Below, in pieces: positions 14,101-25,606 of a stretch of DNA of 64,000 nt (its first letter is position 1; each line of letters begins with the position of its first letter). A program made the translations under genes and the position numbers. The notes below the pieces were generated by a model. It was not told where the DNA came from. It searched no databases and saw only the letters and a program-made list of their open reading frames with translations. The DNA comes from the human T2T-CHM13v2.0 reference genome, Homo sapiens: NCBI RefSeq assembly GCF_009914755.1, contig NC_060926.1; one strand, written 5' to 3'.

Positions 14101-14584
14101 ATCACTACTGTTGCAAAAAAGCTAGAGAGATGACTTACAGAGACAAGTGGTAGAAATCTACACCAAGCCTTACTGGAGGATACAAACAATAGTCTCCAAG
14201 TGCTGAGCATTTAGAGAGAAAATAGGGAAGAGGGCATATACTTGTGGAGGGGTAGGAGCTGGAAGGGCTTGGTCTAGAAAGTTTTCATAGAGAAGATGGG
14301 GCTTGAAGAAAGATCTGAAGAAGCGGGGAGTCATTTAATATACGGAAAGAAGGAAGGGTGGTGTGGTGAACCACTGCCCAGAGATCAGAGATGCAGGAAA
14401 GTGAAGCAGGTGCAGGAATGCCAGGCCGGTTCATCCAACAAGACAAAAGCTTGCCATGTGACAAGAGATGAAATAAATTAACCAAGAGAGGAACTGAATG
14501 GTGGGAAGGCTTAAAACCCCAGGCTAGGAGATTGAGGCCAGCTCTGAAGGCAGATAAGGGCATTAACAAAGGAACATCCGGGAC

Positions 14585-14629
14585 CACTGAAAATCCCAAC
14601 ACCATTTTACTGCAGCAACAGAAGAGCCA
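14585..14629 (+). mobile_element. CR1/L3 ORF2 relic, segment 5' of the VNTR
   Basis: aacaccattttactgcagcaacagaaga translates as NTIL-CSNR (one frameshift), versus CR1 NAILGCINR. Confidence 0.5.
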
Positions 14630-17600
14630 TGCCTGGATTAAGGGGACAAAGGGACCCCCAGTGCCTGGATTAAAGGGACAAGGGGACCCCCAGTGCCTAG
14701 ATTAAGGGGACAAGGGGACCCCCAGTGCCTGGATTAAGGGGAAAAGGGGACAAGTGGACCCCCAGTGCCTGGATTAAGGGGACAAGGGGACCCCCAGTGC
14801 CTGGATTAAGGGGACAAGTGGATCCCCAGTGCCTGGATTAAAGGGACAAGGGGACCCACAGTGCCTGGATTAAGGGGACAAGAGGACCCCCAGTGCCTAT
14901 ATTAAGGGGACAAAGGGACCCCCAGTGCCTAGATTAAGGGGACAAGGAGACCCCAAGTGCCTGGATTAAGGGGACAAGGAGACCCCCAGTGCCTAGATTA
15001 AGGGGACATGGGGACCCCCAGTGCCTGGATTAAGGGAACAAGGGGACCCCCAGTGCCTAGATTAAGGGGACAAGGGGACCCCCAGTGCCTGGATTAAGGG
15101 GACAAGAGGATCCCCAGTGCCTGGATTAAGGGGACAAGAGGACCCCCAGTGCCTGGATTAAGGGGACAAGGAGACCCCCAGTGCCTAGATTAAGGGGACA
15201 AGGGGACCCCCAGTGCCTGGATTAAGGTCAGGACAAGGAGACCCCCAGTGCCTGGATTAAGGGGACAAGGAGACCCCCAGTGCCTGGATTAAGGGGACAA
15301 GGGGACCCCCAGTGCCTGGATTAAGGGGACAAGGAGACCTCCCCAAGTACCTGGATTAAGGGGACAAGGGGACCCTCAGTGCCTGGATTAAGGGGACAAG
15401 GAGACCCCCAGTGCCTGGATTAAGGGGACAAGGGGACCCTCAGTGCCTGGATTAAGGGGACAAAAGGATCCCCAGTACCTGGATTAAGGGGACAAGGGGG
15501 ACCCCCAGTGCCTGGATTAAGGGGACAAGGGGACCCTCAGTGCCTGGATTAAGGGGACAAGTGGACCCCCAGTGCCTGGATTAAGGGGACAAGGGGGACC
15601 CCCAGTGCCTGGATTAAGGGGACAAGTGGATCCCCAGTGCCTGGATTAAAGGGACAAGGGGACCCACAGTGCCTGGATTAAGGGGACAAGGAGACCCCAA
15701 GTGCCTGGATTAAGGGGACAAGAGGATCCCCAGTGCCTGGATTAAGGGGACAAGAGGACCCCCAGTGCCTGGATTAAGGGGACAAGAGGACCCCCAGTGC
15801 CTGGATTAAGGGGACAAGGAGACCCCCAGTGCCTAGATTAAGGGGACAAGGGGACCCCCAGTGCCTGGATTAAGGGGACAAGAGGATCCCCAGTGCCTGG
15901 ATTAAGGGGACAAGAGGATCCCCAGTGCCTGGATTAAGGGGACAAGAGGACCCCCAGTGCCTGGATTAAGGGGACAAGGAGACCCCCAGTGCCTAGATTA
16001 AGGGGACAAGGGGACCCCCAGTGCCTGGATTAAGGGGACAAGAGGACCCCCAGTGCCTAGATTAAGGGGACAAGTGGACCCCCAGTTCCTGGATTAAGGG
16101 GACAAGTGGATCCCCAGTGCCTGGATTAAAGGGACAAGGGGACCCACAGTGCCTGGATTAAGGGGACAAGGGGACCCCCAGTGCCTAGATTAAGGGGACA
16201 AAGGGACCCCCAGTGCCTAGATTAAGGGGACAAGGAGACCCCAAGTGCCTGGATTAAGGGGACATGGGGACCCCCAGTGCCTAGATTAAGGGGACAAAGG
16301 GACCCCCAGTGCCTAGATTAAGGGGACAAGGAGACCCCAAGTGCCTGGATTAAGGGGACAAGGAGACCCCCAGTGCCTAGATTAAGGGGACAAGGAGACC
16401 CCCAGTGCCTAGATTAAGGGGACAAGGGGACCCCCAGTGCCTGGATTAAGGGGACAAGAGGACCCCCAGTGCCTGGATTAAGGGGACAAGGAGACCCCCA
16501 GTGCCTAGATTAAGGGGACAAGGGGACCCCCAGTGCCTGGATTAAGGGGACAAGAGGACCCCCAGTGCCTAGATTAAGGGGACAAATGGACCCCCAGTTC
16601 CTGGATTAAGGGGACAAGTGGATCCCCAGTGCCTGGATTAAAGGGACAAGGGGACCCACAGTGCCTAGATTAAGGGGACAAGGAGACCCCCAGTGCCTAG
16701 ATTAAGGGGACAAGGGGACCCCCAGTGCCTAGATTAAGGGAACAAGGGGACTCCCAGTGCCTAGATTAAGGGGACATGGGGACCCCCAGTGCCTGGATTA
16801 AGGGGACAAGGGGACCCCCAGTGCCTAAATTAAGGGGACAAGGGGACCCCCAGTGCCTAGATTAAGGGAACAAGGGGACCCCCAGTGCCTAGATTAAGGG
16901 GACATGGGGACCCCCAGTGCCTAGATTAAGGGGACAAGGGGACCCCCAGTGCCTAAATTAAGGGGACAAGGGGACCCCCAGTGCCTAGATTAAGGGAACA
17001 AGGGGACCCCCAGTGCCTAGATTAAGGGGACATGGGGACCCCCAGTGCCTGGATTAAGGGGACAAGGAGACCCCCAGTGCCTAGATTAAGGGGACAAGGG
17101 GACCCCCAGTGCCTGGATTAAGGGGACAAGGGGACCCCCAGTGCCTAGATTAAGGGGACAAGAGGATCCCCAGTGCCTGGATTAAGGGGACAAGAGGACC
17201 CCCAGTGCCTGGATTAAGGGGACAAGGAGACCCCCAGTGCCTAGATTAAGGGGACAAGGGGACCCCCAGTGCCTGGATTAAGAGGACAAGGGGACCCCCA
17301 GTGCCTATAATAAGGGGACAAAGGGACCCCCAGTGCCTAGATTAAGGGGACAAGGAGACCCCCAGTGCCTAGATTAAGGGGACAAGGGGACCCCCAGTGC
17401 CTAAATTAAGGGGACAAGGAGACCCCCAGTGCCTAGATTAAGGGGACAAGGGGACCCCCAGTGCCTAAATTAAGGGGACAAGGGGACCCCCAGTGCCTAG
17501 ATTAAGGGAACAAGGGGACCCCCAGTGCCTAGATTAAGGGGACATGGGGACCCCCAGTGCCTAGATTAAGGGGACAAATGGACCCCCAGTTCCTGGATTA

Positions 17601-17877
17601 AGGGGACAAGTGGATCCCCAGTGCCTGGATTAAAGGGACAAGGGGACCCCCAGTGCCTGGATTAAGGGGACAAGGAGACCCCCAGTGCCTAGATTAAGGG
17701 GACAAGTGGACCCCCAGTGCCTGGATTAAGAGGACAAGGGGACCCCCAGTGCCTATAAGGGGACAAAGGGACCCACAGTGCCTAGATTAAGGGGACAAGG
17801 AGACCCCCAATGCCTAGATTAAGGGGACAAAGGGACCCCTAGTACCTGGATTAAGGGGACAAGAGGACCCCCAGTGC
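14630..17877 (+). repeat. Minisatellite/VNTR, 32-bp unit GTGCCTGGATTAAGGGGACAAGGGGACCCCCA, ~100 copies
   Basis: Period read directly (gtgcc at 14661, 14693, 14725); 3248 bp / 32 gives ~101 units; recurrent variant units. Confidence 0.98.
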
Positions 17878-18115
17878 ACTTTGTCAAGTCAGGCTACCCC
17901 TGGAGAACTGGGTTTGTCTCAAGGGCCACATTTTAGAAAGGACATGGATTTCAAAGCACCCAGAGGAGGGTGACCAGTGTGGAGAGGCAACAGAAAATCC
18001 TGCTATGCAAGGGAGAATCGAAGGGTCTGGTTATGTGTAACTCAGAAACATCAAAACACGTGATATAGCTTTCTTTTCTGTTTGGGGTGATCTCAGCTGA
18101 CTTCAAGAGATTTTT
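17878..18115 (+). mobile_element. CR1/L3 ORF2 relic, segment 3' of the VNTR
   Basis: With frameshifts reads VRLPLENWV...PHFRKDMD...QRRVT, versus CR1 VRPHLEYCV...PHFKKDID...QRRAT. Confidence 0.75.
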
Positions 18116-19235
18116 TAAAAGTTAAGACTTGGAGATTCTACATGATTGGGAAGTCTGAGAGGTATATGGAAAGCCCACTTACTTACCTGGAAGTCAACAG
18201 GCTTGGATTTAGTTAATTTTGCTCCCTGTTTGATCACCCCAAACCCTCTCCTGCTCCACCCCCATTCCAACATTACTTACTTTCTAAGTCCTTAGTTAAT
18301 TATTGTGTTAAAATAAAATCTGTTTAGAGTAGAAAATCCCTAAAATGTTCACATAACTAGCTAGTAGCAGAGGTACTAGAAATAGTCTAGTTATTTAAGC
18401 CTAGTGGTTACTTCAGCAACTAGAAATATAGATTAATCTTCCTCACTTGGACTTACCTAAAAGGATATACAACAGAGTGGTAGAAATAGGAGGACTTTGT
18501 TGGTAAAAACTGGATAAAATAATAAACACTTTACATTGCATTGGGGTTCAATTATCCAAGAGATCATACCACAGTCGGAGATTAGAAAATCTCCTTGAAG
18601 ATGTGGCTTAGAGGGAGGATGGATGGGAAACTAAACAGGAAAATATCTCTCTCAAACTGTGCTCAACACAATCCCACTATTTCCAGATAGTCTTCTTTCT
18701 CTTCAGAGTATAAATCTTTCACCTTTTACTATTTCTGGATGTTAAATCTATTATATCACAGAAGGAAAAAGAGGGACTTCTGTGGTAAAATAAATTTAGA
18801 AAATGGTAGGTTCAACAAAATAATAGAGCTTTCTCTATTGCAGGATTTCTCTGCACCTTTAATATGTCCAAGGCTTCTCTGACTCAGTAAGGACATTGTA
18901 CAAAGCAGGTTATTTCTTTCTTTTTTTTTTTCTTTTAACACAGAGGTGACCTTCCTCTTCACAACATTCCCTACCTCCTCCTGCAAGCATTTTAGAGGGA
19001 GTAGTGTTTGTCAAGCATTACTTTACAAAAACCCTGTAGAGCTCAGCTCCTGCATCGAGTGGTCCCAGTGGGGATGAGAAGAGTGCTTAATTCACCCCGT
19101 GGGGATAGAGCGAGAATCCCTAAATCAATCATCAAACACTAATTAAGCATTATTATTTGTCAATTGCTGTTGCAGATACAGAGAGTGAAATCTGCTATCA
19201 CCATTCCCGGGATTTTTCAGGACACTAAAAAATAT

Positions 19236-19322
19236 GCTAGGCACAGTGGCAAGCGTCTATAATCCCAGCAAATTGGGAGGCTGAAGTGGGAGGGTCATTT
19301 AGGCCCAGGAGTCTGAGATACT
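19236..19322 (+). mobile_element. Alu monomer fragment (FLAM/AluJ)
   Basis: ggcacagtggcaagcgtctataatcccagc...gggaggctgaagtgggagggtcatttaggcccaggagt. Confidence 0.8.
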
Positions 19323-19419
19323 AACAAAACAAAACTTGTCCACATAAAAAGATAAATAACTATGAAAGACTCTCCTATTTGCTAAGTGTCCAAAAGAGCT
19401 GACTGATGTGGCGAGTATT

Positions 19420-19775
19420 TTAGGAGGTGGGAAAGCTTGAATTAACTTTGGCAGGCTGAAGAGGCTTCCCCAGGACAGCAATCTGGTGCCGTTCCTGAAA
19501 ACATGGGCAGGACCAGACCTGTTTATCAGAAGAGTCAGGCATTTTATTAATAGTAGAGAGAAGTGTGGCAGGTGCCAAGGGTATTGGGGGACTTTGAAGA
19601 GTCAGTTTGGAAGTGTAAGTTCATCAGCAGTGGAGACTAATGCTGGATAAACCAAGGAGATAGGTTGATTATAAAGAACCGCGAATACCAGATATAGGAC
19701 ATTCGAGCCCTGCCATGTAGGCAGTGGTAAGCTGCTAAAATTTTAGACCAAGTATGTGATGTAATCAGAAAACTA
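19420..19775 (-). mobile_element. L2 fragment
   Basis: gtaggcagtggtaagctgctaaaattttagaccaagtatgtgatgtaatcaga is typical antisense L2. Confidence 0.5.
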
Positions 19776-19839
19776 ATGTCATCATCAGATTCACAGAAAA
19801 AGACTAAAGGGGCCGACTACTCACCGGCTCCCACATCAA

Positions 19840-20135
19840 GGCAGATAACTTTTATTTCTGAGGCAAAGCATTTACTCTGTTCTAGAAGAAATTTAGGGAG
19901 GGGAATGAAAGGGGAGGTTCTGTTTTGTCTCTTTTTCTGGCAAATAAACAACCTTCTGATGGAGGAAGGGGCTCAGCAAACTATTTTTAGCCGCCTGCCA
20001 GCGGACCCCCGTGATAGAAGACACAGACGTGTTCTAATAAAAGATTCAGATATTCTTCTCAGCCAGCTCTGCACGCTGTTTAAGTAAACATTCTAAAAAT
20101 AATACAATAAACATATACAACCAGGAGAGATAAGC
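19840..20135. promoter_or_regulatory. Candidate enhancer: MEF2 / forkhead / GATA motif cluster
   Basis: CTATTTTTAG 19981, CTAAAAATAA 20093, RTAAACA 19944/20084/20107, AGATAA 19843/20128; several retained CpGs; motif evidence only. Confidence 0.45.
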
Positions 20136-20413
20136 TGTGAATTGCAAAGTGATTTAAAGTGCTTTCTGGTTCATTTTGGAGATTTCTTTGAATTTCAGCC
20201 AAGAAAAAGCCACTATCGTATGTAAGGGAAAGAGCCTTGAGGGAAGTTTGGAGAGACTTCTTCTTGAGTATTTTTATACAAATTGGATTATGACACTCAG
20301 AGTCTTCCCTTGCTCATCAGGAGCTGCTCCCTAAGAAAGAGCAGAGCAGGGTGGCTGGGAGCAGCATGTCACAGGCCCTCCACATCCACGTCACACATCC
20401 TTACTCCGCCTGA

Positions 20414-20872
<459 letters not shown>

Positions 20873-22193
20873 CCTACCATCTGTTGCTTGATAGTGTAGG
20901 ACCATGGTCTAAGGAGCTCTCTGTGCCACAAAGACTTTCTCAGGTGAGGGTTGAGGGAAAGAGGCCAGCTAGGGTGCCAACGCCTTACTCTTAGGTCTAA
21001 ATCTGTTAATAGTTCAACTATATTTGCAAGAGTTACTTAAAAACCTTTTTTTTTTTCCTATTACTATCCCAAAGTATTATACCATACATTGCTTCCAGTG
21101 AAAATACTAGGCACTATATGGACAATTTTTTTTTCCTTTTCAAAATATATTCAAAATTTGAAGTTCGGGACGCCCTTCATGCTTTAGTTAAACTAAGACT
21201 TAGATGATCCTTCTACTGACAAGTCTGGTTAGCAATAAAAGAAACAACAAAGAACTGCAATGGCTAGAAAAGTAAAATATCAGACATTCCAAAATTATTT
21301 TCCAGGCTCCTCTGCCGACCTCCTACAAAAACCTCCGGTTTCCTTGGAGTGCTAGTTAAAAACCACTGCTGCACTGGCCTCCTGCTCTTTCTTACGTATG
21401 TAGCCAGCCTCCCACCCACAGAACCCAGCCATCCCGGCAAGTGCAAGCACTCAGCATTGCAAATGAATGCAATTAGATGGAACAATAAGTAAAAATAAAG
21501 TTCACCTAGAACAGACATGAGACAAATTTTCTGGAGTCACAGCCCCCTTTTTAAATGAAATTGCTTTCCGCTGTCCCCTTTTGAAAGAAAAGCCTGGAAA
21601 TCAAGCACTTTGCTTTTTCGGGGTTTTGCTTACTTTAAATGATGCAATCAATCCAGCCCTGCCTCAGATGACAGCGTGGGGTGACAACATCCAATCCCAT
21701 CACCGGTCCTGCCAGCTCTACCCCACCAGAAGCCTGACCCTCCCCTGAAAACTCATTTACGGAAAAATACAATCAAGCAGTCTCCAAGGGGCTGCCCCCT
21801 AGGGAACTTTTGTGTCATTGCCTTGAGGAGAAAGAAATTCACCTTGAGCTGGAATAAACTGACATTCCCTACATGGTGTCATGTGCCTGATTGAATGCAG
21901 AGAAAAATAAATCCAGGCTGCCCAGCATCTCTCCGCTGATGGTTATGTGGGAGCAAGGAGGCAGACAGGAAGGCGTTGTATAGTTACGGCGCATGGCATT
22001 CATCTTTCTATGATGATGAATCAAGAGACAAAATATTCACTCTGTTAGAAACAAATTGACAAACCCAAGGTAGAAAACCAGCAGCTCATTATCATCTCAA
22101 AAACTGAGCAGGGGTTTGTGCAGGGAATAGAAGAAGCGGAGATGAGAACGCAAGGACACGTGTTCTCCCTGTAAGAGCTTGACAGAGCGAAAT

Positions 22194-22248
22194 AAATCAG
22201 CCCCATTGAAGACACAAATCAGCCCCATTGAAGACACAAAGCAGCCCC
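22194..22248 (+). repeat. 22-bp tandem duplication (2.5 copies)
   Basis: aaatcagccccattgaagacac twice, then aaagcagcccc. Confidence 0.9.
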
Positions 22249-22729
22249 CAGTGGGCAAGGGAGTAGGGGACTCTAGTTGCTCTCCCTGAAATTTCCAATG
22301 TGTTTTTGAGGCTAGTCAACTGTGGAAGAACCCAGAGGAAAGATGGTCAGGATTGGAGGGGCTGCTGGGAACAACAATGAGCTCCTCTCGCCATGAGTGT
22401 GCAGGCAGAGTGCCAGCTGCATGTTGAGCAGAGCAGGGCAATGGATCCTGAAACCCAGTCCTGGCACCTCACAGTAGTCTCCAACCATAGCTAGTCCATG
22501 AGCTTGCTGCAAGGTGGATTAGCAGGGCAGATGATCCGGAAGCTGGCAAGAGTCAGCTGCCACCTGCAAGAGCCAATGTGTTACAGCAGAGAGAGCAAGT
22601 TGCTCAAGGCGAAGAAGGAAGAAAGCTGAGAGTAAAGCCAGCAAAGCGGCCATCAACCATACTGCACAGCAATGGACAGGGCAACCATGTGACTTCTTCT
22701 CCATCCAGGGATCTTTCTGGTAATAATTA

Positions 22730-23042
22730 GACTGGGCGCGGTGGCTCATGCCTGTAATCCCAGCAATTTGGGAGGCCGAGGCGGGCAGATCACTTGAGGC
22801 CAGGAGTTCAAGACCAGCCTGGCCAACATAGCAAAGCCCCATCTGTACTAAAAATACAAAAAAATTAGTGGGCATGGTGGTGTGCACCTGTAGTCCCAGA
22901 TACTTAGGAAGTGAAGTATGAGAATCACTTGAACTCAGGAGGCGAAGATTGCAGTGAGCAGAGATCACACCACTGTACTCCAGCCTGGGCTACAGAACAA
23001 GACTCTGTCTAAATAAATAAACAAATAAATAAATAAATAAAG
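22730..23042 (+). mobile_element. Alu (Sz/J-like) with (TAAA)n tail
   Basis: Full dimer; flanking ataattag repeat. Confidence 0.93.
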
Positions 23043-23324
23043 CTGTATAATTAGAGTAGACTGGGACTGTCCTGGCAAACCAGGATGGAGGCATCACTGT
23101 AGTTATGGACAATGTCAGGAGAGAAAACGGGAGTGGCACCATTTTAGCCCTTCTTTCCCCTAAAGAACATCTAGGCTTCTTTCCCCATCCAACTCTGCGG
23201 TCCACAAAAGGAATAGAAGATTCTACCCCAACTGGGCAGCATCTGAGGTCAAAGTCAGCCCCACAAAGATGGAGACTCCTCCTCAAGTGGTGTGACACTG
23301 AAGCCACTCCCAAATGGAGACAGA

Positions 23325-23480
23325 AGGGTGGTTATTGGGTCAGACAGATTTAGGTTTGGGTCCAGACCGTGGCATTTACTTAACCTCTCTGAGCCCCAGT
23401 TTTGTCGCATCTAAAATGAGAAGTCGAGATTTGTGTGGGGCAAATGTGAGGATTCAAGAGAGAGTGTATGCTTACAAATA
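23325..23480 (+). mobile_element. MIR SINE
   Basis: ttacttaacctctctgagccccagttttgtcgcatctaaaatgag MIR core. Confidence 0.75.
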
Positions 23481-23629
23481 CCAGTGTGGCTTGCGCAACG
23501 TCATGCTCTCTTCCAATCCCACGTATGCATTTACATGTATCATTTTTGTCAAGGCGGAGTGCCTGGCATCAAGCAAGTTTTCAAAATGTGTTGTTAGCTG
23601 GTATGATTTTCCCTCTCCAGCTACGTTTT

Positions 23630-24545
23630 TGGTTCATAATTTGCACTACTGTGAGAAACACGGAGGACACAATCATGAGCCAAATACTGTCACTGACATT
23701 GCCCTAGAGGTCTTGTGATCAAATTATTTCACAATTAGATACATAGATACAAACTCTGATATATTATGTGGAGGAAAACAATGCAGGGTAGTGTGAAAGG
23801 GAATCCCAGGGTGAGTCTCCTTAGACTAGGCATTTGGAAAAGGCCTCAGAGGAGACAGCACCTACACACTGTGTCCCAAACCCCCAGGAGGAGACAGCCC
23901 TGGAGAAGTAGATAAGGACCCTCCAGGATAAGGGGAAGTGCGGGTGTAAATATCCTGACCCAGCAAGGACTGCGCACATTGGAGGACCCTGGGGAAAGAT
24001 GAAAGCGGAAGGAGAGAGGAAGAAAGGAAGAGAGAGGGCAGAGGATTGCCCCAAAGTGAGTCCCACCAGTGGATAGTGGCCACACCATGGACAGCCAAAT
24101 AGGAAACTCTAGCTGTAGTTTAAGGAAGAGTGGGTAGTGATGCGGACCAGAGTGATCTTGGTGGAGCTAAAGAGAAATGGATGGACTAAGGATGTATTTG
24201 GAGATGGTGCCAATGGGTCTTGGTGATACTGAGTGTGAGGAGGAAGAAAGGGAGGTATCAAGAGTAATTCAATACTCTAAGATTTGGACTCCTGAATACA
24301 CAAAGACTGGGAGAGACCTAGGCTTGAGAAGATTAAAAGTGCTGTCTGGTATGTAAAATTTCAGATATTTGTCAGATAATAAAGTGGCTAACTCAACTAG
24401 GCAGATGTGTATATGGATCTGAGGCCCAAAGAAAAGAGGTGGCCTAAATGTACATCACTGGGAGCAGTGGAAATATACATGTTATTCAAACATGAGGACA
24501 GATGCAACCATATGGAAACCCTGTAGAAAGAAGAGATCAAAACAT
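23630..24545 (-). mobile_element. L2 LINE 3' region (diverged, gapped)
   Basis: ggagctaaagagaaatggatggactaaggatgtatttggag...taggcagatgtgtatatggatctgaggccca. Confidence 0.6.
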
Positions 24546-24646
24546 GCTAAAAATTCTAATTTCTCCATCCCATCACTGACCTAAGAGTTATTACAAAATA
24601 ATAATATTTGTCACTTATCTTTTAAAATTCTTGTAAGAGTGAGTCT

Positions 24647-24684
24647 GTATCCTTCCTTCTTTGGGTAGTATCCTTCCTTCTTTG
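24647..24684 (+). repeat. 17-bp direct duplication
   Basis: gtatccttccttctttg at 24647-24663 and 24668-24684. Confidence 0.85.
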
Positions 24685-24789
24685 TTTTGTAAAGAAATTT
24701 AGACTTTTCCTTCATAATTTTGCTTTTGGTATAAAGTTTAGAAAGTCCTTGCCCACTACCAACGTTTTAGAACAAAATCCTAGCAACCC

Positions 24790-25000
24790 AGAAGTTTATT
24801 ACAGCATTATTTATAATAGTAATTTTTATAAAAACTAGAAATAGCCTGAGCATAGATCAATAATTGATTTGTTAAATATGTAACTTTACATAATAGAGTG
24901 CTTTGCAGCCATTAAAAATGTGCCTCTATTTACCAACATTGAACCACCTCTATTATACATTTAGTGACAAAATAATATAAAATATAATTATAGAAAAATT
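24790..25000 (+). mobile_element. L1ME-type fragment
   Basis: gtttattacagcattatttataatag...ttgcagccattaaaaatg (end of ORF2 / 3'UTR). Confidence 0.55.
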
Positions 25001-25573
25001 TCCTTTTTGGAAAACTGTTTCCATATTAACAACTATATTTTTCTCTATTGCTGTTTCTTTCTGTAATAAAGGAGTAAACATTTTATTTATGTGTATCTTA
25101 TCTCCCAATTAACTCTTAAGCTTTTATATTCTCTTCATATATTGCCTATTCAAGAAATTAATTAAATTTTATAAACATTAATAACTGATCACTTATGATT
25201 TTTAACATGTATACTACAAATAATGATGACTAACATTTGTTTAGTACATACTGTGTGCCAGAATTTGTCACAAGCATACATCAATACAAAAGAGTAGAGA
25301 ACTGGTAACATGTACTTCAACAGATACATAATAAAGTTATCACTGCCCTTCATCTAATTGGCAAGTCAGAAATTTGGCTGTTGACTGCCTTTTATAAAAC
25401 TGTTCAGCTCTCTTCCTGGAGGCTATCAGGCTGGGAGCTTTCCTCCCTTTCATGGCCAGGGGCAAACATTTAAACAATTCAGTATTGACTTTGACAGCCT
25501 CCCTCTTGCCTTTTTGCTCCATTCTTCATACTGTAGATATCCAGAAACAGCTGATTTCCCTCAACCTCAGATG

Positions 25574-25606
25574 CTCAATAGACCCCCAGAAACTCAATAG
25601 ACCCCC
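25574..25606 (+). repeat. 14-bp direct duplication
   Basis: ctcaatagaccccc at 25574 and 25593. Confidence 0.85.

Noticed and set aside
14630-17877. CRISPR-like array (32-bp repeats)
   Set aside because: Units are head-to-tail with no unique spacers, there are no cas genes, and the DNA is primate; it is a minisatellite.
14630-17877. Coding VNTR (mucin-like) or SVA VNTR
   Set aside because: Stops occur in all six frames, and there is no SVA hexamer, Alu-like or SINE-R domain.
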